A DNA stretch of 64,000 nt, taken from positions 133,610,001-133,674,000 of the forward strand of contig OX597818.1 in the NCBI GenBank assembly GCA_951406725.2, given 5' to 3'. Both the position numbers and the translations under genes were made by a program. Positions 1-14,823 of this stretch are shown here, one piece after another (position 1 is the stretch's first letter; each line of letters begins with the position of its first letter). This DNA comes from Octopus vulgaris. Taxonomy: Eukaryota. The notes beneath the pieces were generated by a model, which ran no database searches, was not told the origin of the DNA, and worked only from the letters and a program-made list of their open reading frames with translations.

Positions 1-15
1 TACATTTATATATAT

Positions 16-76
<61 letters not shown>

Positions 77-79
77 TTT

Positions 80-245
80 GAAATTTACAGAAAAAGAAAA
101 GACAAAGACAGGTGTAAAATAAACAACCAGCAGGTGTATTAGTTTGATGCTCAGGAAAGGGAGAAAATCTTTTACATTTCGAGTCTATGCTCTTCAACAG
201 AAAGGAACACAAGGAAATAAACAGAGAATAAAAAAAAACTTGTAG
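80..245 (-). mobile_element. Penelope-like pseudo-LTR fragment embedded in (TA)n, same family as 44010-44160
   Basis: The reverse complement aligns by eye with 44010-44160 (ttcctgagc...ctaataca...cacctg-ctt-gtc) and contains a hammerhead-like motif. (TA)n flanks both sides. Confidence 0.6.
169..204 (-). ncRNA. Minimal type-I hammerhead-like ribozyme motif with variant core
   Basis: Minus strand reads cttt-CTGTTGA-a-gagc-atag-actc-GAAA-tg-TA-aaag. Stem I is cttt/aaag, stem II is gag/ctc, and stem III is minimal. The core deviates from CUGANGA. Confidence 0.45.
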
Positions 246-324
<79 letters not shown>

Positions 325-632
325 CATATATGCATACATATATGTACATACTTACATCTATACGTATATATATATATATATATATGCATATGTGGACACA
401 GGATGTCATGAAATGTGTACAAGAAAAAATACAAAGTACGAGTACATGGAATATGAACTACTTTTTCGAACAACGAAAGACACAAATAGAAAACAAGACA
501 AACAACATAAAGAATACAAGAGTAGAAAAACAGCCAACAACTGATGAAGGGTTGATCTTTATATTGTTTGTCTTGTTTTCCATTTGTGTCTTTTGTTGTT
601 CAAAAAATAGTTTGTATTCCATCAGTTGTCAG

Positions 633-675
<43 letters not shown>

Positions 676-676
<1 letters not shown>

Positions 677-1061
677 CTCTCTCTATATAAACGGCAGTTT
701 GTCTGTGCGTGTTTCTGTGTGTCTGTTTTCTCGTACCCTCACTCTGACCACGGCTTTCAACCGATTCTCATGAAACTTGACACACACATAGCCCAATGTC
801 ATAATTCAAAACTAACGCAGCGAAAATTTTGAAAAGTTCCCCCAGTTCTGAAAAAAATCGATAAATTCGACATGGGGTCGAGAATCAGAAACACAAACCA
901 TAAACTGTCTAGGGGACGCAACTCCACCTTTTTTAAAAATCAAAAAAAAAAATTTACCATCATTTTTTTCCATTTTTTTGCTATTTTTTGGCTATAACTC
1001 TCTAAAAATGCTTTATAGTTATTTCCCTTAGAAACCTGAGCAACGCCGGGCGATACTGCTA

Positions 1062-1062
<1 letters not shown>
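676..1062 (+). mobile_element. Non-autonomous Helitron
   Basis: Starts A|TCTCTCTCTATATAAA. Ends with a GC-rich subterminal hairpin (cctgagcaacgccggg), then CTAG|T at 1059-1063. No TSD. Confidence 0.75.
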
Positions 1063-1103
<41 letters not shown>

Positions 1104-1284
1104 ATGATGGGCTTCTTTCAGTTTCCATCTACCAAATCCACTCAAAAAGCTTTGGGAAGCAAGCCTCTTACCACACAGCTATGCCTGTGCCTATACATAT
1201 ATATATATAATATATATATATATATTAGCTCTTATATATATATATATGTACGATCTAATATATATTACTCTTTTTTTTTTTTTT

Positions 1285-1477
1285 TTTTTACTTGTTTCAG
1301 TCATTTGACTGCAGCCATGCTGGAGCACCGCCTTTAATCGAGCAACTCGACCCCGGGACTTATTCTTTTGTAAGCCCAGTACTTATTCTATCGGTCTCTT
1401 TTGCCGAACCGCAAGTAACGGGGACATAAACACACCAGCATCGGTTGTCAAGCAATGCTAGGGGGACAGACACACAA

Positions 1478-1508
<31 letters not shown>

Positions 1509-1678
1509 CATATATACGACAGGCTTCTTTCAGTTTCCGTCTACCAAATCCACTCACAAGGCATTGGTCGGCCCGGGGCTATAGAAGAAGACAGTTGCCC
1601 AAGATGCCACGCAGTGGAACTGAACCCGGAACCATGTGGTTGGTTAGCAAGCTACTTACCACACAGCCACTCCTGCGC

Positions 1679-1680
<2 letters not shown>
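1285..1680 (-). mobile_element. tRNA-derived SINE family A, full-length copy
   Basis: Head ggcgcaggagtggctgtgtggtaag (A box) and ggttcagttcc (B box), a central (TA)/(TG) microsatellite, and tail ggcggtgctccagcatggctgcagtcaaatgactgaaacaagtaaaa. Near-identical copies recur across the window. Confidence 0.9.
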
Positions 1681-1739
<59 letters not shown>

Positions 1740-2136
1740 AAAACTTAGATAATACTTAGATATGTTTCAACCAAAGATTGGCCCAGGCTATGTTTAACTT
1801 AATAGCCCCACCTGACAAATGCTTTTTAAGTCAAGTTTTCTTTATGGTCCAGAGTAAGTAGAGCAAGATCACACAGGAAAAGGAAATGTGTCACTGAAGA
1901 GGGGTCACAGAACAGTGACAAAAAATTTCTGGACAATACACATGAGTTAAAATAACAAAATAAGAACAGTAATAAATGAGTGAAGACAAAATAAATATAG
2001 TGTGTGCGGTTATTTGGCGAAAACAAAAAAGTGACCATCTCGAAATACAAAATATTCATATTATATATGATATATAAACATAGATATATTATATATGATA
2101 TATATATCATATATATGGATATATATATATACATAT

Positions 2137-2560
2137 ATAACGAATACGAAGTCTGGCGGTTATCTGTGAACATCATGTTTCTGGATTATAAACATATTGA
2201 ATATATATTCCATATATATTCAATATGTTTATAATCCAGAAACATGATGTTCACAGATAACCGCCAGACTTCGTATTCGTTATCTATTCCTTCTGTTTTG
2301 CATATGTGAATTACAGGGTCTGTCATGCCCGGAGTCCAACTTTGATAGAAATAAGCATTCTTGACTGCTATTTCTATTTTTTCGGTATGCGGTCAAGCAA
2401 CCTGTTTTGCCTGTCCCTTCTTCTTATATACAATATATATACTGAACTTTACAGAAGTTCCTGCCGGTAATCGGCTATATTTACATACCGAATTCTACCA
2501 GTAAATAATTGGGGTTTTTTTAAAAGCCTTTATAGAAATTATTTACTCTTATTATTATAT
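2137..2560. mobile_element. Penelope-like pseudo-LTR fragment with a 5' perfect palindrome
   Basis: 72-bp perfect inverted arms at 2137-2208 and 2212-2283. The right arm continues into sequence with the recurring ttgactgctatttcta motif. (TA)n flanks. Confidence 0.55.
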
Positions 2561-2599
2561 ACATATATATATATATATATCATATATATATATTATTAG

Positions 2600-2840
2600 A
2601 AAAAAAACACCTTTTATCAATTCAAAGTGAAAAATTAAATTACACCATCTAGAAAATTACATATAATAGAAAAGTTAAAAATTAAAATAACAATTAAAAA
2701 GTAAAGATTTTTCCATTTAATTCTATTAATAAAATCCTTAATATTATTAATAAGTTTTAAAAGATATTCTTTTCTAGATGGTATAGGAAAATCCTTCAAT
2801 GATGAATTCCAAAAGAGTGGTTCAATTTTACCTATGGATA
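2600..2840 (-). pseudogene. Penelope-like element ORF N-terminal fragment
   Basis: Translation SSLKDFPIPSRKEYLLKLINNIKDFINRIKWK resembles the 'SLKNIPIP...EY...LI...F..R.RWK' N-terminus of GIY-YIG PLE polyproteins. Bounded by (TA)n. Confidence 0.6.
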
Positions 2841-3165
2841 TATATATATATATTATATATGATATACATATATATATATTACATATGATATACATATATA
2901 TTACATATGATATATATATATATATATTTATATGATATATATATTTATATGATATATATATTTATATGATATATATATTTTCATATATATATATGATATA
3001 TATATATACATATAATATATATGATATATATATGTATATATATATGTATACATATATACATATATTATATATGATATGTATATATATATATGAAATATAT
3101 GTATATATATATATATATATATCATATATTCATATACATGATATATATATATATATGTCTTTATA

Positions 3166-3232
<67 letters not shown>

Positions 3233-3241
3233 TATATATAT

Positions 3242-3435
3242 AGGCGCAGGAATGGCTGTGTGATAAGTATCTTGCTTACCAGCCACATGGTCCTAGGTTC
3301 AGTCCTACTGTGTTGCATCTTGGGCATGTGTCTTCTACTATAGCCTCCAGCCAACCAAGGCCCTATTAGTGGATTTGGTCGACAGACACTGAAAGAAACC
3401 TGTCTGATATGTGTGTTTGTGTGTGTGTGTTTGTG

Positions 3436-3479
<44 letters not shown>

Positions 3480-3656
3480 TTTGTTTGTGTGTGTTTGTCC
3501 CCATAACTTAATGGTCCAGCAAAAGAGACTTATAGAATAGGTACTAGGCTTATAAAGAATAAGTCCTGGAGTTGATTTGCTCAACTAAAGGCAGTGCTCC
3601 AGCATCGCCACAGTCAAGTGACTGAAACAAATAAAACAATAAAAGAAAGAATAAAA

Positions 3657-3660
<4 letters not shown>
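3242..3660 (+). mobile_element. SINE family A, full-length diverged copy
   Basis: aggcgcaggaatggctgtgtgataag head through ...gtgactgaaacaaataaaac tail, with an internal (TG)n. Confidence 0.85.
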
Positions 3661-3714
<54 letters not shown>

Positions 3715-3760
3715 ATATATATATACATACCTATATATTATATATGTGTTATACATATAT

Positions 3761-3800
<40 letters not shown>

Positions 3801-3805
3801 TATAC

Positions 3806-3840
<35 letters not shown>

Positions 3841-4004
3841 TTACATATATATACACACACATATATATATTATATATACATATATATTTATATATGTATA
3901 TATACATATATATTATATATATATATATATACATATATATATGTATGTATATATATATATTATATATCTATACATACATACATATGCATACATACATATA
4001 CATA

Positions 4005-4170
4005 CAGTGGGTTTCCTTCAGTTTCTGTCAAACAAATCCACTCACAAGGCTTTGGTGAGCCCAACGCTATAGCAGAAGACATTTGCCCAAGGTACCTTGG
4101 AGTGGGACTGAACCCAAAACCATATGGTTAGGATGCAAGCTTGCTACCACACAGCTATACATGCACCTAC
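4005..4170 (-). mobile_element. SINE family A, 5' half
   Basis: Matches the reverse complement of the SINE A head (aaatccactcacaaggctttgg...accacacagcta). Confidence 0.75.
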
Positions 4171-4352
4171 ATTCATATCTATAGATATATGCATACATGA
4201 GTATATATGTATATAAGTATACACATATACTTATGTATATAATCCACACATATATATATATGTATATATATATACACACACACACACATATACATACATA
4301 TGTATATATATGCATGACTGTGTGTATATATATATGTGTGTGTGTGTGTATT

Positions 4353-4384
<32 letters not shown>

Positions 4385-4867
4385 AAAAATATATATTATA
4401 TATTATATATATATAAGTACCCATTTATGTATGTGTATATGTGTGTATATGTATATATGTGTATATATGTATGTATATATGTATATATTTATAACTCACA
4501 AATGTTACTATGCACATCTAGTATGAATAAAATATAATTTAAATTACTGTGAATAGTCTAATCTACACTTTTCAGTCTCTTTCTTCTTCTTCTTCATCTT
4601 CTCTCTCTCTCTTTCTCAAGCTTTTATAAAAAAGGAGGAAAAGAAATGAAGAGAACATGACAGGGAGGGTAGACTACAGTTAACGCTGCAGGGGAAAGAG
4701 TAGGGAGATGCAGAAAGTCAAGAGTATAGTTTCAGGATGGGGGCCACGCAAGATTATTGTTTGTCATAGCACAATGCTGCCACAACTACTATAAAAAATA
4801 TACAATCATGAAATCAACACCTGCAATCCCTCTTTCTATCCATCTATACTCACATATATTCACAAAT

Positions 4868-4929
<62 letters not shown>

Positions 4930-5093
4930 AATACATATTATATACATATATATATTTGCCCAAATATATATCTTCATACATTATATTAAATAGATGTCAC
5001 AAATACACATATATAAAATGTCATACATACATACACATACACACACATATATATATATTCATACATATTTACTATACATGCATACGTTCATGC

Positions 5094-5124
<31 letters not shown>

Positions 5125-5658
5125 CATACATACACATACACACACATATATATTATTACATATATACTATACATACATATGTTCATGCTTACATACATAC
5201 ATACACATACACACACATATATTTTTACATATATACTATACATACATACGTTCATGCTTACATACATACATGCATACATACATACATACATACATACATG
5301 CTTACATACATACATACATGCTTACATACATGCACAGTACTAGTGTTTAGTTACTTTTAGCAAGATAAAGGACAAGTGTAGGGAGACACACTTTCATAAA
5401 TCTTCAATTAACTTTTAGGTGCCATTATAGCAGTGGCAGCCATATTGAACACTGAAAATTTTAATTTATTAAGTGAAAAAAAAAAATTGTCACTGAGAGA
5501 AAGAAAGACAGCAGTGGGGGTAGTGGGATAGTAAATGAAAGACTAGAAGGAATTCTAGAACAGACCAACAGCATAATAGGTTGGATTGGATATGGCACCA
5601 AGTAGAGTAACTGCAATGTTTGAAATGAAAATTTAAAATTAGTAATTGCAAAATTTAT

Positions 5659-5709
5659 GACCATAAACATTTTTACCCCTCTTTGTTATTACAACATTAA
5701 TTTAATTAT

Positions 5710-5744
<35 letters not shown>

Positions 5745-5805
5745 ATGTTTGTATGTCTATGTATAAACAGATATATATACATGCTTTTATCTGTGTTTGT
5801 AAACA

Positions 5806-5859
<54 letters not shown>

Positions 5860-6030
5860 GCCATAAACATTTTTTCCCCTCTTTGTTATTACAACATTAA
5901 TCTAATTATGTATATATATATATATATATAATGTTTGTATGTCTATGTATAAACAGATATATGAACATGCATTTATCTGTGTTTGTAAACATCTCTCTCT
6001 CTATATATATGTGTGTGTGTGTGTGTCTGT
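5659..6030 (+). repeat. Local tandem duplication, ~200-bp unit
   Basis: ccataaacattttt-cccctctttgttattacaacattaat...ctgtgtttgtaaacatctctctc occurs at ~5661 and ~5861. Confidence 0.85.
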
Positions 6031-6701
6031 GTGTGTGTATACATTTATACATATATCAGTATATGTGTGTGTGTGCATGTATGTATAATGATAGAGATAG
6101 ATGGGTAGGTAGATAGACTGACAGACAGATAGAGGTAGATATATGGGTAATGAGGCAGACAGGGTGGTGGACAGATGGACAGACAAATAGACAGACAGTC
6201 AGATAAACAGAAGCATGGATAGGCATATATGCATATAGATGTGTTATGTAGATGAGTAGTGAGGTAGGGAAGAAGGTAGGTAGACAGGGAGGTAGGTAGA
6301 TGTATAAATTGATAAATAGATAAATAGATAATTTATTAGATAGACAGAGGCAGATGTATCTGTTTTTACTAGTACAAAGTGATATTTGTAGAAAGGCATG
6401 ATAAACACTTAGTATTATACTTGGCACTCTAGTTAGTTGTGCTGTTGTCCTCTATCTACTCTTGCTATGGCAGGCTACTATAACTGTAGCTTTTGTACTA
6501 CTTTCTCCAACTCCTGTGCAGCAGTTAGAGTGATACTAGCTAACTAGCTGTATTCATTGAACAGTTATTTCGAATGCTAACTTGCGAAGTTATATAATAC
6601 ACCTCACCAATCAAAAACAACTATTCAGTGTTAGTGTGTGTTATTATATGTGTCTGTATGTGTGTGCATGTATACACATATATAATACACATATACTAAT
6701 T

Positions 6702-6790
<89 letters not shown>

Positions 6791-6846
6791 AATAATTTTT
6801 TTAATTATGAAATGCTATTCAGTATTAGTCCATGCTGTACTTATTA

Positions 6847-6899
<53 letters not shown>

Positions 6900-7128
6900 A
6901 TATAGCTAGATAGATATAGATATATTATATTCATACATACAAATATATATATATATACATGTACATATGTGTGCTTCCATATATATATATCATCAAATGC
7001 ATCAAATATGTACAACCATTTATATATACATTATTATAAATATATATATACATATATATATGTACATTTTTGTATATATCCTTGTATGTATATATGTATA
7101 TATAAATATGTGCAATTATATACATACA

Positions 7129-7160
<32 letters not shown>

Positions 7161-7828
7161 ATACATGATAGACAAACACACAGGCACACATACATATATT
7201 TGTATACACATAGTTATAGAATGTGTAGACAGAAAAACTTGTCATCAACTTTCGTCAGCATTAATAGTAATAGAAGAGAAGAGAATAGCAGTGTCAGTAC
7301 TAATAATGTTGATATAAGGGTAGATTAATTATCAACTACAGATACACCATCTGAGTGAAACCCTTAAGATAGAAAAAAAGTATATGAGGAAACATATCAA
7401 AGTTTAATATCAAAATATATTTGTTGAAATATTTGTGCTTTCACAAAGATTTAATTCACATACAGACAAAATCATTATTTAAGAATTTTAATTATCTTAA
7501 CAATAATTAAATTGTTTCAATTGATGCTTATAGCAAACATCAAAACCTTTAGCTTACAAATAAAACTGATTAAGAAATTTCAATTAATTACTCCTTTCTG
7601 TTGATACATATTAATAATTCTTTTATTTTATCACCAATTTTTTTTCTTTCATAATATAGTGAAAATATATTTCACAATACAGTTTCAATTTGTTTTAGTC
7701 TATTCCATCCAATTTGAAGTTTGAGGAAAAAAATATCATTGCCTATTTGAAGAAGAATAACACAAAATAGTTACATATTCTATCTATCTGTCTACCTATC
7801 GATCTATCTATCTAGATAGCTATATAGA

Positions 7829-7876
<48 letters not shown>

Positions 7877-9254
7877 CACAGAGTACATACATGTGCATAT
7901 ATATGAATATATGTGTGTGTCCTTATCTATATATGCATGTGTGTGCGTGTGTATGTATGTGTGTGAGTGTGTGCATGTGTGTATGTTTGTTTGTATATTC
8001 TAGACAAAAGAAAAAATTGTGGAAAGACAGAGGAGTATGCTTTACTTTGAGAAGTAGTGTTTTCTCAGAAATGTTAATGCATTGCACAAAATATCATAAA
8101 GCTGCTTTAGAAATATCTGTTTGATAACGAGACATTAAAAAAAAAGATAGAAAGAGAGATCGGAGAAAGAGAAAAAAAAAGTTCGTAGGAAAAAAAAAGC
8201 CATTATTTTATAAAGTGACCATAATATATGTGCTGTCTTCATTATGATTGGATGAGATAACTGCCATGAAATCTTGGGCATGTCTCTGCAAGCTCATTAA
8301 CATGTGGCAAACTACATTCTCACTTCTGATTGGCTGCAGAAGCTAGTTACAGTCAGTTGTCCAGAACATCGGTAATCCCCCATAGTTTTAGTTTAACTAA
8401 ATTTATCCAAATATGGTGTTGACCATTGCACTCGACATTGTTTAAAATTAAATTTTTGTTTTGAAAATTCAATTATTCCAAAGCACTATTCTAATTAAAA
8501 ATGCATTCTGTTTTTCTATTTCCATTTTTTTATATATTCTTTTTTTCTTTTAAAAAAAATTTACTCTGAAATACAGGCATATATTATCTTGGAGAAAAAA
8601 CAAATTTAAAAAGGAGAATTAGAATTTTTGAAAAAAAATCTATTTATTTTTTTAAATATAATCTATGACAGAAAATTTTTTTCTGCAAAAATGTTATACC
8701 ATTCAAAATTAACTGAAACCTGACAATTAATAATATTTGAAAGATATGAAATTAGTAAAAGCCTATGAAGCTGTTATTATATTTTTTAATATACCAAAAC
8801 CTTAAAATGTATTTATTTCAACACAAAGGGATGAATTGTTTTGTGGATTAAATCTGAATTTTTTCTCCTTACTCTCGGGGTGAAGCCAACATAATTTTTT
8901 TGTAAATGGAAAAAGAGAAACAAGGAAGGGAAGTTGGTGACAGAAAAAGCACATTACAACATCTGATTAAAAATATAAATATACAGTAAACAATACTTAT
9001 ATACGGTATAATCCTTACACTGCTACATACATAGTATGAAGTATTTTAATGTAAGAGTTTATATAAAATATATATATATATATATATATACACATACACA
9101 TACATACACACATATACATATACATACATATGCACACACAAACATGTACACATACATACATACATATATATATATACATATATATACATATATAAAATAT
9201 ATATATATTTTATATATGTATATATATGTATATATATATATGTATGTATATATA

Positions 9255-9382
<128 letters not shown>

Positions 9383-9553
9383 GAAGAATATAAAGCAAAC
9401 TGAGTGTGATGTGATTGGTAGTATATTCCACTAGTAAACAAGCAATATGTTTTTCATTGCACTGTGTAATTTATTTTCTTTTTCAAATTTCAAAATAGTT
9501 GGTTAACAATGCCTGCCATCATTACTAAAATGTCAATTCTAATATACTGCTGC

Positions 9554-9585
<32 letters not shown>

Positions 9586-9644
9586 CTTCTTCTTCTTCTT
9601 CTCATTATTATTATTATTATTTTTTTTTATTATTATTATTATTA

Positions 9645-10680
9645 GGGTGAGGAGCTGGCAGAATTGTTAATATGCTGGGGAAAATGCTTAGCAAGTATTT
9701 CGTCTGTCTTTACATTCTCAGTTCAAATGCTGCTAAGGCTGACTTTGCCTTTGAGGGTTGATAAAATGAGTACCAGCTGAGCACTGGGGTCAGTGTAATC
9801 AACGGGCCCCCTCCCCCAAAATTTCAGGCTTTGTGCCTATAGTAGAAAGGATTATTATTCAGGTGGTGAACTGGCAGAGTCGTTAGCATGTTGGACAAAA
9901 TACTTATTGACATTTCACTCATCTTTATATTCTGGGTTCAAATTCTGCCATGGCTGACTTTTCTTTTCATTTTTTGGGGGTCAATGAAATAAGTACAGGT
10001 CAAGCACCAGGATCTATGTAATCAACTATCTCCCTCTCCCAAAATTTCAGGCACTGTGCCTATAATAGGAAAGATCATTATTATTATTATAGCTGGTGGT
10101 TTGGTAGAATCATTAGGCTTTCTAACAAAATGCCTTTGGGCCTAGTAAAAAATTTAATTGACTAACATCTCCTCACCAAATTTCTGACACTGACTCCATA
10201 TGAGAACATTATTGTTATCTAGATAGTGGAATGGGGAAAATGGTCTGCAGTACACATTCTAGTTCTTTACATTTTGTGTTCAAATCTAATCGTGGTCAAC
10301 TTTGACATTCATCCTTTTGTGTGCCAATAAAATAAAGTACCAGTCAAGCACAAGAGTTCCTGATACTAACCAAAACTACACACACAAATTTCAGGACTTG
10401 AGCGTCTGCAAGAAACAATTACCATCATACCCCAGTTTCTTCTTCTTCTTCTTATTATTATTATTATCATCATCATTAAAGGTGTTTGATTAGCAAAATC
10501 ATTGGAACATCAGCAAAAATGCCTTGTGGTATTGGTTCTGGCACTTTATATTCAGGTCACACATTCTGCCAAGGTCAACTTCTATGGCAATAAAGTAATT
10601 TACCAGTCAAGTAATACAATTGACTAACCAACTACACTCAAAATTTCTGGCATTGTGTCTAAACAGGAAACCATTTTTAT
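9645..10680 (+). mobile_element. Head-to-tail array of ~5 diverged SINE family B copies separated by (TTA)n
   Basis: Repeated unit gagctggcagaat-gttagca...aaaatgctt...gttcaaat...gactttgccttt...gataaaat-agtaccag...aaaatttcaggc at ~9645, 9860, 10090, 10220 and 10480. Confidence 0.75.
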
Positions 10681-10785
10681 TATTAATATTAATATCAGCA
10701 GCATTATAATATGGTGAGAGCGGATACTCATAAAATAGAGTTGTGGCATGTTTGTAAATTAAAACATATAATATATACAAATATA

Positions 10786-10847
<62 letters not shown>

Positions 10848-10934
10848 TGTGTGTTATATAGCTATATGTGTGTGTGTGTGTATGTGTGTGAGAGAGAGAG
10901 AAACAGACAGACAAACAGAAAGAGAAAGAGAAGA

Positions 10935-11085
10935 TTTGTGGCCTAGTAGTTAGCATTTCCAGGTTATGTTCATCTTGTCTTGGGTTCAAGTTCTGAAACA
11001 GGTGGTGCATTGTGTTCATGAGCAAGGCATGTCATTTCACACTGCTCTGTGTATTATGTTGAAAACGAGTACCAGCAATTACTGG
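10935..11085 (+). mobile_element. SINE family D-related 5' fragment
   Basis: tRNA-like head tggcctagtagttagc...gggttcaag, followed by ttgtgttcatgagcaaggca as in the copies at 19263 and 37016. Confidence 0.55.
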
Positions 11086-11348
11086 CACAGCTCTTCCTCT
11101 CTTCCTCCACCTGTATCATATCCATGATGTTTCACTGTGTCAATGGCTGGAAGACTCGAGATGGTGTCTATGTATACAAAGGATTACATAGGCACCCAAA
11201 ACAATGAGTGAAAGTACAGCATATGTTAACAAGCAATATATCAACCGAAGTGAGTGATCAATGGCACCAAAATAAACTATATCTATATAAATCTTTATAC
11301 ACACATACAAACATTATATATCTATATATATATCTATCTATCTATCTA

Positions 11349-11379
<31 letters not shown>

Positions 11380-11842
11380 GATAGATAGATAGATATATAA
11401 CTAGATGAAATATAAACAAATATATATATATATATCATATATATATTTCATTTATTTCATCTCATGAGCTGTGGCCATGCTGGGGCACCGCATATATATA
11501 TAAAATGCATGTATGCACCGACAAAGAAATACATCTCTGTACAAAAACACAAGCACACAGAGAGAAAGGGAGTCAGTAATTTTAGGGTAGAAAAAAAAAA
11601 AGAGAGAAAGAGAGGGTGGGAAAAGTCAGAGAGTAATATGCATCCAACTAATTATCAACTGTTAGACAATTGTGTAATAGTAGAATGGTAAGCATAGAAG
11701 TTATGGAACTGATTCCTGTACAAAAAGGGCTTTCTTCACAAATGTTCAAAAACAAGTATACATATATGTTTATATTTATGTTTATACATACATAGATACA
11801 CATATATATATATATATATGTAAATACATATACAAATAAATT

Positions 11843-11879
<37 letters not shown>

Positions 11880-12119
11880 ACACACACATACACACACTAT
11901 ATAAATTTATTTATATGCTATGCTCACATAATATATATATGTATACATAGGTATACATACACATCTGTATATGTATATACATATATATATATATGCACAT
12001 GTATGTATATACATGCACACAAACATTTAGATAGATATATGTATGTGATATATATACAAATATATACATGTACATATGTATATACATGGATAGAAAGACA
12101 TGTATGTATATATATATAT

Positions 12120-12156
<37 letters not shown>

Positions 12157-12439
12157 CATATATATTCAAATACCTATATGTATATCATTAAAAAGTTTTC
12201 ACAGACAAATGTATACATGTATATATGTGTGTGTGTTTGTGTGTGTATTTATATTTATCTGTGTATGCAGTGCATACATATGAATATATATATATGTATA
12301 TACATACATATACACACACACAAATATATATATATATACACACTCATATATATATACACACACTCAAATATATATACATACATACATATATACATATACA
12401 TACATATATACATACATATATACATACATATATTCTCTT

Positions 12440-12825
12440 ATTCTCTTACTTGCTTCAGTCATCCAACTGCAAACACACTGGGGAGCCACATTAAAGGGTT
12501 TAAGTCAAAGAAATCGACCTTAGGACTTATTCTTTGTAAGCCTAGTACTTATGCTATTGGTTTTCTTTTGCTGAACTACTAACTCATGGGGATGTAAACA
12601 TACTAACATCAGTTGTCAAGCAATAACACAACACTAAGACACACACACATAAACATATACATATATGTTTAGATATGACAGGATGCTTCCTTCAGTTTCC
12701 ATCTGCCAAATCCACTCACAAGGGTTTAGTCAGCCCAAGTCTATAGTAGAAGACACTTGCCCAAGGTGTCACGCAGTGTGACTGAACCCAGAACCATATG
12801 GTAGGGAAGCAAGCTTCTTACCACT
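12440..12825 (-). mobile_element. SINE family A, diverged copy
   Basis: ttacttgcttcagtcat...gacttattctttgtaagcctagtactt...aaatccactcacaagg...gactgaacccagaaccatatgg. Confidence 0.8.
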
Positions 12826-12884
12826 CTTAAATCTTATCATACACACATTTAAATAAAGCTAACTTTATATATTATATTTATGTG

Positions 12885-12916
<32 letters not shown>

Positions 12917-12965
12917 CATACATGCATATACACGCACATATATACATATATATATATACATATTT

Positions 12966-13006
<41 letters not shown>

Positions 13007-14486
13007 AATATGTATATATATACATGTATATATATGAGACAGACATATATGTATATGTATATACTCACAAACATATAAGTACATATAATTACACATGTAT
13101 ATATATCTATATATAAATAAATATCATCATACATATATATAACTATAAATACATATTATTATACATGTGTATACATATCATTATACATCTATATTTATAC
13201 ATACATACATATGTATAAACACATATATATATACACACACATATATATATACACATATATACATATATGTATATAAACATTTGTAAATATAGATATATAT
13301 ATATAAATATATATACATATATATGTTAATACATATATACATATATAGTTATATATATATACATACACATATATATAAATATGCATATATACATATATAT
13401 AAATATATATATTTATACATATATATAAATATATATGTGTGTGTATATATTTTTGTATATATATATATATGTATATACATATGTGTTTGTGACTGTAGTT
13501 ATATATATATATGTATATATATGTGCGTGTGTGAGTATATATATATATATATACTCGCACACACACATACATATATATATACACATATATATAACTACAC
13601 TCACAAACACAAACATATATGTATATACATATATATATGCACACACACATACATATAAAATAGACCATAAGGTAGCAATTGTTTTGTTTATCTTTTCAGC
13701 TGAAGTAACTATTTATTGAATTAGTGTCTATGTATCTGGGTATTCTATGGGCATGTTTACCCCTGGCATAATAATCGGGAAGCATCAGTTGGCTGTACAT
13801 TCATCCACCTGACACTTCCATATAGATTCTACCACATAACTTCTGGTGACCCACGTTTATATAATAGACACTTGCACAAGATATCATGCAGTACGTTCAC
13901 AGTTCTAATGCTGCCATGGCCAGATTTGACTTATATTATTTCAAACTCGATAAATTAGTACCAAAATATACACTGACTAGATCTGAAAATTGTTGATTTG
14001 CATCAACTTTATAATCTATAAGTCATGCCATGTCATGACAGCATTCTCTTCAACAGCTATTAAAACTTAGGACGAATCATAACAATTTGTTTATTATATA
14101 TATGTATATATATATATATATATAGATATAGCCATTGATATATATATATATATATATATACATATATATTATAAATATATATTTATATCTATACATAAAT
14201 ATATGTATCCACATATATGTATGTAAATATATATATATAAAGTCTTAGATATACATACAAAGAGACTGAGACAGTCAGACAGACAGTGAAATATATATAT
14301 ATATATATATATATATACCTCTGTATATCTCTGTATATATATATATATACACACACACAGGTGTATAGTTATGTATGCATATTCATGGATATTTATTTAT
14401 ATACAAAAATATCAATGCATCAATAATATGGTTATTTGTTTATATATATATATACATATACAGATATATAGAAACACACAAATTCA

Positions 14487-14534
<48 letters not shown>

Positions 14535-14780
14535 AGTATATATCAATTTACAAACACACATATATACATTCACCAGTAAAATGTAGAATCATTCCACCTT
14601 CATTTTACAATATATGTATGGGTGTGTGCATCAATTATATATATATACACACACACACACATATATGCAAATATATATTTATGTGTATATATATACACCT
14701 ATATATGTTGCATATATGCATGTATAAATTTATACACCTGTATATGCATGTGTGTGTATATATATATCATATATATCATA

Positions 14781-14823
<43 letters not shown>

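Noticed and set aside
9645-10680. CRISPR-like repeat/spacer array
   Set aside because: The units are whole ~200-bp diverged SINEs, not short repeats with unique spacers.
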